Shown in pieces: positions 25,518 to 34,884 of a DNA stretch of 64,000 bases. A program made the position numbers and the translations under genes. The stretch covers positions 830 to 64,829 of the forward strand of contig CADEGN010000004.1 in NCBI GenBank assembly GCA_902826865.1, read 5' to 3'. The notes below the pieces were generated by a model. The model had not been told where the DNA came from, did no database searches, and saw nothing but the letters and a program-made list of their open reading frames with translations. The DNA comes from an uncultured Myxococcales bacterium. GTDB lineage: Bacteria > Myxococcota_A > Polyangia > Nannocystales > Nannocystaceae. Each line of letters begins with the position of its first letter. Position 1 is the stretch's first letter.

Positions 25518-27178
25518 CCCGCGGGTTTCGGTTGGCAGGCTTGACCGCCTTCGATCTGCGCATTGACACGGAAGGTGTTCAGGTTCAGCCAGTGCCTGGG
25601 TTCGACCTGTGGGATCGTTCCGTCCTCACGCACGTTGGTGACGTGATAGGTGTGCTGATTCCAGATTCGTCGCGCCTGAATCCAGCGCGAGTCCGCGTCA
25701 CCGAGCACCTGCACCATCGGTGTGCCCGGCCCGGGGTTGCCATTGGACACGATGACGATCTCCGCGGACCCGTCGTTGTCGACGTCGGCAACCACGGGAT
25801 ACTCGATGAGAGTCCCGCTGTCGCGTGGGGCCTGAAACAACACCTCGCCGGCCGCTCCGAATGCGAAGAGGGTCGTTTCGTCGCCATAGATCGCGTCGGG
25901 TATACCGTCTCCCAGGAAGTCGAAAGCGGTCGACGAGGCAAGCCCAGAAACGTCGAGAACCGGCGACTGCCAGAGGGTCGCGGCATCGCTGCCGCGGTAC
26001 ACGCCAAACCACGCGGTCGAGCTGACGCCGATGTCCGCAAGGCCATCGGCGTCGCCGTCGAAGATCGCCGCCGGCCGCCGCCAGTCGGTGTCACCGGTCG
26101 GATTGACTGCGGCGTACTTCGTCGTCCCATCATGCTCGAGCACCGTGAGCCCAAAGGGACCGACGGTCATCGAGGTGACGAGCACTTCGGGGAGCCCGTC
26201 ATCATCCAGGTCGGCCACCTGCGGAGGCCCGGGCTCCACGTCGTCGCGCCTATAGTACTCACTGCCATCATGGTGGTATGCGCTCGAGCCGAGCACGAGT
26301 TCCAGTGTGCCGTCCGAGTCGAGATCGGACAGCGCCGAAGTTGCATACTGTGGCGGGAGCACTGGCGCGGAAAACACCAGCGATCCCAGGTGATCGACCA
26401 CCGTAGCCCCGAAAGCGATCTCGACGTCGCCGTCTGCATCCATGTCACCGAGAGCGACGGCGAACTCGCGGACGAACTCCACGTCGGATATCCACTTGAG
26501 TGTGCCATCGTGCTCCCAGACGGTGACATGGGCCTCGAAGCCGTCGAGCGTGGCCCCGACGATCTCCATGAGACCATCGCCATCGATATCGCCAATCGCC
26601 GGGGTGATCGTCGTTCTGACCGGTTCTGCGATGGAGTAGTGCACCGATCCAGTGGCACCATCGAGGACAACGATGTGGCCAGGCTGGTACCAAAGCGGGC
26701 TTCCCACCACGACGATGTCCGGAGTGTCGCAAAGGTCGATGCTGCCGTCCGCGTTGTCGTCGGTGAAGTTGCCGACCAGGGGCGTCGTGATGCTGTTTGG
26801 TTCGCCAGCAAGCCCGTCGAAACTCCATTGCACCTCCGGCGCGAACGCCCGAGGTGGTGCGGCCGTGCGGCAGGGCGGGACCCCGTCGCCGTCGCGCCCC
26901 GGTACGCAACTCGGTCTCGTCGGCCCGACCGGATTGGAGACGTCGGCCGACGAGAGATCGAACTTCACGTTGCCGTCGGTGATCGTGGAGTCTGCGTTTC
27001 CGATCGACGTACCGTCGACCGGAAATGCCTCGGTCGAGGCCGGCCCCCCGGTGGAGCCCGATCCACCCGTGCCGGCCGCGCTGTCGCCGGCTTCGTCGCC
27101 CTGCTGAAAAGGAGAGGGGTTGGCGTTCGAACACGCCAGCGTGGTTGAGATCAGGCACAACCTAGTCGATGATCGCAT
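25514..27178 (-). CDS. FG-GAP/VCBS-repeat lipoprotein
   Basis: Lipobox MRSSTRLCLISTTLAC, with seven FG-GAP-type loops (GDIDGDGLMEIVG, GDMDADGDVEIAFG, SDLDSDGTLELVLG, ADLDDDGLPEVLV, FDGDADGLADIGV, FDFLGDGIPDAIYG, ADVDNDGSAEIVIV). Confidence 0.8.
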   Translation of the reverse strand: MRSSTRLCLISTTLACSNANPSPFQQGDEAGDSAAGTGGSGSTGGPASTEAFPVDGTSIGNADSTITDGNVKFDLSSADVSNPVGPTRPSCVPGRDGDGVPPCRTAAPPRAFAPEVQWSFDGLAGEPNSITTPLVGNFTDDNADGSIDLCDTPDIVVVGSPLWYQPGHIVVLDGATGSVHYSIAEPVRTTITPAIGDIDGDGLMEIVGATLDGFEAHVTVWEHDGTLKWISDVEFVREFAVALGDMDADGDVEIAFGATVVDHLGSLVFSAPVLPPQYATSALSDLDSDGTLELVLGSSAYHHDGSEYYRRDDVEPGPPQVADLDDDGLPEVLVTSMTVGPFGLTVLEHDGTTKYAAVNPTGDTDWRRPAAIFDGDADGLADIGVSSTAWFGVYRGSDAATLWQSPVLDVSGLASSTAFDFLGDGIPDAIYGDETTLFAFGAAGEVLFQAPRDSGTLIEYPVVADVDNDGSAEIVIVSNGNPGPGTPMVQVLGDADSRWIQARRIWNQHTYHVTNVREDGTIPQVEPRHWLNLNTFRVNAQIEGGQACQPKPAG

Positions 27179-27363
27179 CGCACGGTTGACTAGCGTGATT
27201 CAGTCCCCCGACGACTGCCTCACCTGGTTTCGTCGGGGTGTTGTTCCTCACGTGACTCGGGCGCTTAGGCGTCGTGCGCGCGAACGCGGTCGAGGCGGCG
27301 ATTGCGAACACGTAAGAGTCAGCTCTGTCGAGCGGCCTCGGTAGGCGGGCGACCTGTCGTCGG

Positions 27364-27466
27364 GCGCTCGGCGTAGAAGCCCACGTCTTTTGACCATACA
27401 GATCCCCCGACGACCGCGCGGGTGATCGATGCTTGGGTGTCGCAAGAGTTCCTCGGCCTCACCGCC
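27364..27466 (+). pseudogene. Internally deleted remnant of a choice-of-anchor-L paralogue (3' end plus flank)
   Basis: 27364-27400 matches 24921-24955. 27406-27466 matches 25366-25423, including the stop and 3' flank. About 410 bp of gene body is missing between the two matches. Confidence 0.6.
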
Positions 27467-27468
27467 GA

Positions 27469-29890
27469 TCAGTCTGGCCTAGTCGAACGATTGCTGGCGG
27501 TGAAGCGGCGCGCGATCCCGCGGATGTTCTGGATCTCGAACGGTTTCAAGAGGCGTTCATTCGCGACCGACGCCAGGAAATCAGCGAGCTCAGGCTGATT
27601 CGCGCCGCCAGTCATGAAGACGAAGCGCTCAGCCCTGTCGGGTGCGGTCGCCGCAACCTCCCGGTACAGCTCGGCGCCGGTGACGTAAGGCATCATCAAG
27701 TCGCAGAAGATGACGTCGAAGGGCTCGTCGCGGTCGACGATCGCGCTCAGTGCCTCGCGCGAGTCGCAGAACTCCACGACGTCATGTTCCGAGGCAAGGA
27801 CGCGTGCAACGGCGCGTACAAGGGTGATTTCGTCGTCGACGATTGCGATGCGGCCGCGCGGTTGCGTCCCGCGGGCAGCGACAGCAGGGGTCAGCGCAAG
27901 GGGGGCGTCCGCGGCGACACCGACCTCGAGGCGGAACTTCGCACCCCGCCCTGTGGTGCCGCAGGAGTGCGAAAGCGACGCGCCCATCTCCATCGCGGCG
28001 CTCATCGAGATCGCGAGGCCCAGGCCCGTGCCCTGCCCCGTGGGCTTGGTTGTGAAGAACGGATCGAAGATGCGCCCCAGAACGTCCTCGGGGATCCCGG
28101 GGCCGTTGTCCTCGACCTCGAGGATGACGAGCGCTCCCTGCTGGCGAGTGCGAACAGTAATCGTATTGCGTTCGGGGTCGGCGTGCTCGAATGCCTGAGC
28201 GGCGTTGGTGACGAGGCTGACCAGGATCTGAGACAAGCGGCTCTCGGTGGCCACGACCGGCGCTACAGGGTCGAGCTCGAGCCGCACCGTTGCTCGGTGC
28301 CGGATCTCAAATTGGGACAGCCGCAGGGCGAGGCGAACCGCGCCGTGCACATCCGTGGGGGTACACGAGCTGCCATCACCGGCGAACGCGCGTAGGCCGT
28401 GGATGAGCTCGCGGATCCTCTCACAACCATGGCGGGCGTCGGACAGGGCGCGGAAGAGCTCGACCACGCGAGCTGGCCGGGCCGGCCCGATGATCTCGCG
28501 CAGTTCCGCCGCGGCGAAGTCGACGCTCGCGGCGATGCACTGCAGCGGGTTGTTGATCTCGTGACCCATACCGGCGGCGAGGGTGCCAGCTGTGACCAGG
28601 CGCTGGTGGTTCTCCATGCGCTCGCGCATGGCCTCGCGTTCGGTGATGTCGAGGAAGAGGGCCAGATGATCCGGCATCGCTGCGGACGCCCGCAAAAGCC
28701 GCAGTTCGAACCGGCGTTGGCCTTGCTCGTACGCGAACGACTGCGAAGCCGGAGCGGGGTGTTTCGTCAGGGCGGATTGGAGGGCTGCCCTGGCGTGCGC
28801 GGGTAGCAGATCCGCAAGCTTGGTCCCCGCGCCCAGGGGTTCGCGTGCGAGTGGGCCGAACGTTCGGAGCACCGTCCCACCATCGGCGAACACCGCGACA
28901 CTCGTGCTGCCAAGGTTGTCGAGCAGGGCGGCGAGGAAAGCGTGCTCGTTGGCGAGCTCGAGCTGTTGACGGCGCTTGTCGGTGACATCGACGAACGTCG
29001 CAACCGCTTCTCTCGTGTCGTCTGAGGCGAGCAGGGGTTGCGCGTTGATCTCGATCCACCTCTGGTGGGCGCCCTCCCCAATTGCCATCACGACGCCGCG
29101 CACGGCCCGTTGCTCGTCTAGGGCCAGGATCGACGGGTGTTGGTCGCCGGCAACCGCATGGTCGTCGGCCCGCAGGCTGCGCCACCATGCGTCGAGGGAG
29201 GCAGGTTCGGCGACTTCGTCGGCACCGTCGCGGAGGATCTGCTGCGCGGCCAAGTTGCTCTCGACGATCTCGCCGCGGTCATTCTGGACGATCACGCCCT
29301 CGACCATCGCGCCGAACACCGCGCGCAGGCGGGCCTCCGACACGTTTGCCCGGGCTTCCGCGTGGGCATGAGCGCGGCGGAGCCGGCGTTCCTCAAGCAG
29401 TTCGACGGTGAGGTCCGCGAGGTGGCGGAGCATCTCGAGCTGCTCGTTGGTGGGTTTCCGCGGCTGACGGTCGATCGCGCACAGAGTCCCGAGGACGAAT
29501 CCGTCCGGCGTGCGCAGGGGCATCCCCGCGCAAAAAACGAATCCTCGGATCGCCTTGCACGAGTGGGTTGTCAGCGAAACGCGAGTCGTCGAGCGGATCC
29601 GAGACGACGAGGCCCTGTGCGGCCGCCACCACGTGGCCGCAAAACGAGATCTCGCGCGGAGTTTCTGCGGCAACGAGACCGTGGCGCGATTTGAACCACT
29701 GCCTCTTCGCATCGACGAGCGAGACAAGTGCGATCGGTACGTCGAGAATGTGGGCGGCCAGCGAGGTAAGGGCATCGAAGGCCGGCTCAGCGGCGGTGTC
29801 CATCACGCCGTACCGCTCAAGTGCACGCAGACGATCGGCCTCATCAGAAGGGATCGACGGCGGCTTCATCTCGCCGTGCGAAGTTACCAT
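27469..29890 (-). pseudogene. Hybrid sensor histidine kinase (GAF-PAS-HisKA-HATPase-REC) with the frame broken at an A6/T6 run
   Basis: ORF 29393..30016 carries the GAF N-half (..RLRALERYGVMDTAAEPAFDALT..VSLVDAKRQWFKS..DPRIRF). ORF 27469..29775 continues as FCAGMPLRTPDGFVLGTLC.., with the H-box GMGHEINNPL, DNGPGIP..GTGLGLAIS and a C-terminal receiver (IVDDE..DVIFCDLMMP..KPF). The shift lies at 29532-29537. The start is 29890, 29869 or 29956. Confidence 0.75.
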
Positions 29891-30417
29891 GGCCAAGGTG
29901 GTGCGGCTGGTCGCGTTGGTCGAAACGGATGTGCCGGGCACCTCCAAGAACCGCATGCGACCGAAATGGGCCTGCTTGCGTGGGGGCTCGACGCCAAAAG
30001 TGGTGGGCGCCCCCATGAATCGAGCCGCTCAGCCCCGCCGAGCGACGGTTCTCCCACCTGCAGTCGCACCTGGCGCGCTCTCGCGCCCCGTGGTTCGTCA
30101 CACAAACGGCACAAACGCGCTGCCGCGCCGTTACGACACCCATGCATGCTGACCACCAGCATGTTCGGTGTCCCACCCCTTGACCGCTTGGTTCGCCAAG
30201 CGGGCGCAGACTGCGACACAGACCCCGTGTCCCGGGCGAAGCTGCGGGTATTGGCGGCCTTGTACAGCACGGCCGGGGTCCAAGCCGAATCGTACGTGGT
30301 GCCGTCCCTGCGCGTTTGTGCGGTCGGTGCGGCCCTCTTATGGCTGACGATTTTCGTCGCCATCATCGTGATGTGATTCGGGAACCTCGCCCCGGTACAG
30401 CTGTCCCGTGCGCCTAG

Positions 30418-32196
30418 ATGTCGCGTGGCGCGGCCCTGTTTTCCTTCGCTTGCGTGCTCTTCGCCTGCGGACCCGCGGAGCTCGGCATCACGCCGGAGAC
30501 CCCCGGAGCGATGGCGCCTGTCCGCGCGACGACCGCCACCGAGAATCTCGAGGCGTTCGCGCGCCTTTACGGCTACGTGCGTTGGTTCCATCCCACCGCT
30601 GCCGCCGCGCAGGCCGACTGGCGAACGCTCGCCGCGTCCGGCGTCGCAGCCGTCCGCGACGCGAGCGACACCGGCGAGCTGCGCGACTCGTTGCTCGATC
30701 TGTTCGCACCCATGGCCCCAGAGCTCCGCCTGTGGGTCAACGGCGAGCGTCCACCGATCGACGACGGCCGACCGATCGATCGCGAAGACCAGGTTTTCTG
30801 GCAGCACGAGGGCTACGTCGGCGTTCGCCTCTCGCTCTATGCACCGCCCTACTCGCAAACCCGGGTCGGGGGCGATACGGGTCGGCGTCGCCGCTTCCCG
30901 GAGGCACCGCCCGCGGACCGACCGCTCGAGCGCGAGCTCATCGACGGATTGTTTGTACGCATGCCGATCGTGCTCGACACGGAGCAAGCCGCCCACGAAG
31001 GTCGGCCGCCGCACGATCCCGATCTAGAGCGGGCCGCGATGTCCGGACGGGGATGGACCGAACTCGACGTTCGCCAGGGCGCCGTCGTCGAGGTCTGGAA
31101 CGTGCTGCGCCATTTCTACCCGTACCAGGACACGGTCGCGATCGACTGGAACGTGTTGCTCCAAGACACGCTACGCGACGCCGAGGACGACGCCAGCGTG
31201 GCGGACATGGCCAACACTCTCTGGCGAATCGTGCGGGCCCTCGAGGATGGCCACGGAATGGTCGGGCATCGCGATCTACTCCGGCGCGGTCAGCTGCCGA
31301 TCCGCGTCGAGATCATCGACGGCTGCCCGGTCGTTACGGGAACGCAGGCGCCACAGCTGTTCGTCGTCGGCGATGAGGTCGAAGCGATCAATGGCAGAGC
31401 CTTGGCGCCTCGCGTCGCGGAGATCGCCGCACGCTTGTCGGGTTCGCCGCAGTGGCGCAGCTTCAGGGCCTCGGCTTGGGAGGCGCTCGCGGGTCCCCGC
31501 GATAAGCCCGCCACGGTACAACTTCGCCGCGGCCGGGACCGCCTGCAGGTGGCTGCCAGATTCAGCGAGGATGGCCCGCCGGCCCCACCGCGACCCAATG
31601 CGATCCACCGCTGGCGCGACGGTGTGCATTACGTCGATCTCACGCGGGCGGCGTGGCCCGAGATTCGCGCTCGACTGCCGGAGATCGCCGCAGCCCCGGG
31701 GGTCGTGTTCGACGTGCGCGGGTACCCCAACGATACCCATCCGGTGCTCGCGCACCTGCTCACCGAAAACGAGGACGCCGATTGGATGCGGGTGCCGCAC
31801 GTGATTGAGCCGGACGGGGAATTCGCAGGATGGGAGCCCATCGGCTGGCACCTGCGCGCCGCCACGCCTCACATCGCGGGCCGAGTCGCGTTCCTTGTCG
31901 ATGGCCAAGCCATCAGCTACGCCGAGTCGGTACTCGGGTATGTGGAAGCCCACAAGCTCGGCACGCTGATTGGGTCCCCGTCCGCGGGAGCAAACGGGGA
32001 TATCGTCCGCGTCGACACCCTGGGAGGTTTCTTCGTGGTGTTCTCCGGAATGAAGGTGACGCGCCACGATGGCTCGCGCTTCCACGGCGAGGGTGTAGTC
32101 CCTGACTTCTCTGTAACGCCGACGACGGAAGAGCTTCGAGCCGGCCATGACGCGGCGCTTGCGCTTGCGCTCACCCACGTACGGCGACGGGGCTGA
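30418..32196 (+). CDS. Peptidase S41-family (C-terminal-processing/tricorn-core-like) lipoprotein
   Basis: Lipobox MSRGAALFSFACVLFAC. The C-terminal block is VVFDVRGYPN..FLVDGQAISYAESVLGYVEAHKLGTLIGSPSAGANGD..GEGVVPDF, as in S41 peptidases. Confidence 0.7.
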   Translation: MSRGAALFSFACVLFACGPAELGITPETPGAMAPVRATTATENLEAFARLYGYVRWFHPTAAAAQADWRTLAASGVAAVRDASDTGELRDSLLDLFAPMAPELRLWVNGERPPIDDGRPIDREDQVFWQHEGYVGVRLSLYAPPYSQTRVGGDTGRRRRFPEAPPADRPLERELIDGLFVRMPIVLDTEQAAHEGRPPHDPDLERAAMSGRGWTELDVRQGAVVEVWNVLRHFYPYQDTVAIDWNVLLQDTLRDAEDDASVADMANTLWRIVRALEDGHGMVGHRDLLRRGQLPIRVEIIDGCPVVTGTQAPQLFVVGDEVEAINGRALAPRVAEIAARLSGSPQWRSFRASAWEALAGPRDKPATVQLRRGRDRLQVAARFSEDGPPAPPRPNAIHRWRDGVHYVDLTRAAWPEIRARLPEIAAAPGVVFDVRGYPNDTHPVLAHLLTENEDADWMRVPHVIEPDGEFAGWEPIGWHLRAATPHIAGRVAFLVDGQAISYAESVLGYVEAHKLGTLIGSPSAGANGDIVRVDTLGGFFVVFSGMKVTRHDGSRFHGEGVVPDFSVTPTTEELRAGHDAALALALTHVRRRG

Positions 32197-32209
32197 CTCG
32201 CGTTATGGG

Positions 32210-32956
32210 ATGATGCACACCATGAAGCGGCGCGAGTGGCTCGCCGCCGAGCCGTTCACACTATCGCTCTCGGCGGGGTTCTTCGGGTTCTTCTCGCACA
32301 CGGGTGTCCTTGCTGCGCTTGAACACCACGACCTCCGTCCCCACCGCATCGTCGGTGTCTCGGCGGGGGCACTCGCCGGCGGTCTGTGGGCCAGCGGTCT
32401 TTCGGCCGACGCCGTCGCCGCCCAGTTGTTGGAGCTGCGTCGCGAAGACTTTTGGGACCCGGGGCTGCCCCTGGGCGGTTTGCTCCGCGGTCGCAAGTTC
32501 GCCGCGGAACTCTCGCGGGTGCTCGGGCCCACCGGCGTCCGGACCATAGAGGACTGTCGCGTCGCATTTGTGGCGATCGCCCACGATGTGCTTGCCCGGC
32601 GGACGCTCGCTGTCGACCGCGGCGATCTGGCCTTCGCCATCCGAGCATCTTGCACCGTGCCGCTGATGTTTCGGCCGGTGTGGGATCGAAACCGGATGCT
32701 CGTCGACGGCGGCGTGTCGGATCGCATCGGTCGAACGGCGCTCGGCGCCGCTGAGCGCGTGCTCGTGCACTACATCCCTTCGCGTCGCCGTTGGCGGCGG
32801 GACGGTGACGATCTGGAAGGAATCGGGCCGGCGCAGGTGCTGATCACGCCCGGCGTGCCGCCGCTCGGGCCGTTCGCGCTTGAGCAGTCTCGACGAGCGT
32901 TTGAGATGACGCGAAACTACGCGAGCGAGTGGCTCGCCGGTGAGCTGTGCGCGTGA
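32210..32956 (+). CDS. Patatin-like phospholipase
   Basis: Oxyanion region SAGFFGFFSHTG, nucleophile elbow GVSAG, and catalytic Asp in VDGGVSD. It starts 13 nt after the S41 gene. Confidence 0.85.
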   Translation: MMHTMKRREWLAAEPFTLSLSAGFFGFFSHTGVLAALEHHDLRPHRIVGVSAGALAGGLWASGLSADAVAAQLLELRREDFWDPGLPLGGLLRGRKFAAELSRVLGPTGVRTIEDCRVAFVAIAHDVLARRTLAVDRGDLAFAIRASCTVPLMFRPVWDRNRMLVDGGVSDRIGRTALGAAERVLVHYIPSRRRWRRDGDDLEGIGPAQVLITPGVPPLGPFALEQSRRAFEMTRNYASEWLAGELCA

Positions 32957-34884
32957 TCGGCCGGCGTCTGTTCGCTCGTCAGCATGGCCAGCGCTAGCGC
33001 CACCTGACGCTCGTGCTCGCGGGTTGGATCTTGAACCTGCAAACCCAACTGGACCGTGCGTCCGAGCAGCGACTTTGCCTCGAGCAGGCGGTGAAAGAGT
33101 GCGGCGCGCTGATCCTCGAGGGTTCGCAAACGATCGAGACCCTCGAGGATCGGCAGGCGGGCGCTCGGCGGTTCGCCCCGGGCCTCCGACGCGTTGAGCG
33201 CCCGCACCATCGCGCCCTCTTCCAGACCGGCGAGCTCGCGACTGACTGTGACGATCGCGCCAACGTGTGCCTCGATTGCCGCGACCAACGGCTCGACCGG
33301 CTCCGTCAATATCGCGAGCTCCGTGCTCGGGCCCGCCAGGCTTGCTCGGTGATCGACCAGTCGTTGGACCAGCAGCGCCAGCTCGCCGATCACATCGCGG
33401 ACGTCGCCGGGGGGATCGCCGCCAAGCAGGGTCGCCAGGCGGGCGACGAGCGGATCGGACGCGGGCAGCGCAGCGGGTGCTTCGCGCAGCCGAAACCGTG
33501 CCGGGCTGCGCACGTTGGCGGCGCGATCGTTGAGGCGCACCAGCGCCACCACCGTCGCGCAGAAGCCGGGCACGAGGGCGTAGGCGAGCGAGACACCCAC
33601 GAGAGTCACAAAGCCGCCGAGCAAAGCGGTCGTCGCGAGAGCGGCGAGTGTCCAAAGCCCCGCGTCGGTCACTTCGGTGGGCCGCACCACGCGCGTACGT
33701 ACGCCATGGCTGGCGGCGAGCTGCGCCAGGGACTCGGCGGTGTCGCGCGTGAGACCCGCGTAGAGTCGGGTGGGCAGTCGCATCCGCCCGATTTTTTCTT
33801 CGTCGGAGTACATGTGTTCCGAGCCGATCAGAAACTCGGGAATGTGCACAGGAGATGCGGAGACGTCTGCGATGAACCCGCGCAACCAGCGGATCGGTTC
33901 GGCGTCTTCACTGAGTGCCAGGAGATCGAGCCCGTACGACGGGGCGCCGGGTGCCGCACGTTGAAAGCGGACAGCCACGCGGCCGCAGCTCAAGCACAGC
34001 CGCTGACCCACGCGCATGCGCACCTGACAATGCTGGCAAACCGTCGTGGCCTCGCCGTCCCATGCTGCGGCACCTCCGCGCAGCACCCAGGCCACCTCCG
34101 CGGCGGTTGCTGGTCGGCGCGACAGGTCGCGATCGAGACAGCGGCGGACGAGGTCGTCGAGCGCAGGCGGGACGTCACGACGGACGCTGGATAGCTGCGG
34201 CAGTGCCCGCACCTCGGCCAATAGTGGTGGTCCATCGCCGAACGGAAGTTCTCCGATCAACGCCTGCCACATCATCACGCCCAAGCTCCACACGTCGGAG
34301 CGCTGATCGACCGCGGTGCGCAGCAGCTGTTCGGGCGCGACGTAGCTCGAACCGCGCAATAACAAGCTCGATGCGGTGTGACTCGAGAGAACGTCGACGC
34401 GTGAAAGGCCGACATCCACGAGCACGAAGCGGCCGCCGCCGAGACTGACGATCTGCTCGTGCCGCAGGTCTCGCAGCACGGCTCGGTCCAAGTGGACGGC
34501 GTGAATCGCATCGGCGATGGCCGCGAATACGCCGGACACTTCCTCGATCGAGATCGGTGCACGGGCGAGCCAGGTCGAGAGCGCCACGCCGGGTGGATCG
34601 GCGCGCATGCGCCACGGTGGATCGGCCGCGGGATCGCGGGGATTAGGTGCGGGTCCGATCGCGAGCGTTGGGACCAAGGAGTAGGCCTGGAGCGCCATCA
34701 GGCGTTCGATGTCGTGGACGTAGCGGCGGCGAATCGACGAATCGCGCGCAAGGTCGGCGACGAGCTGCCCGACGACCACCGGTGTGCCATCGCTCAAGCG
34801 CACGGCCCAGCGGGTCTCGGTGCCGGCGTCGAGGGGCGGACCGAGCACTTCGTGCGGTGTGGGCAGAAAAGGCAATTTACTCAC
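32917..34884 (-). CDS. Ser/Thr-kinase-like protein with degenerate catalytic motifs (probable pseudokinase), zinc ribbon and TM region
   Basis: GTG 34884 overlaps the stop of the upstream kinase (GTGA). Kinase-fold landmarks are present (LRDLRHEQIV, VDVGLS, YVAPEQ, DVWSLGVMM). The Gly-loop, the beta3 Lys and the HRDxKxxN Asn are missing or substituted. A CQHCQ..CLSCG ribbon is present. Confidence 0.7.
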   Translation of the reverse strand: MSKLPFLPTPHEVLGPPLDAGTETRWAVRLSDGTPVVVGQLVADLARDSSIRRRYVHDIERLMALQAYSLVPTLAIGPAPNPRDPAADPPWRMRADPPGVALSTWLARAPISIEEVSGVFAAIADAIHAVHLDRAVLRDLRHEQIVSLGGGRFVLVDVGLSRVDVLSSHTASSLLLRGSSYVAPEQLLRTAVDQRSDVWSLGVMMWQALIGELPFGDGPPLLAEVRALPQLSSVRRDVPPALDDLVRRCLDRDLSRRPATAAEVAWVLRGGAAAWDGEATTVCQHCQVRMRVGQRLCLSCGRVAVRFQRAAPGAPSYGLDLLALSEDAEPIRWLRGFIADVSASPVHIPEFLIGSEHMYSDEEKIGRMRLPTRLYAGLTRDTAESLAQLAASHGVRTRVVRPTEVTDAGLWTLAALATTALLGGFVTLVGVSLAYALVPGFCATVVALVRLNDRAANVRSPARFRLREAPAALPASDPLVARLATLLGGDPPGDVRDVIGELALLVQRLVDHRASLAGPSTELAILTEPVEPLVAAIEAHVGAIVTVSRELAGLEEGAMVRALNASEARGEPPSARLPILEGLDRLRTLEDQRAALFHRLLEAKSLLGRTVQLGLQVQDPTREHERQVALALAMLTSEQTPADHAHSSPASHSLA

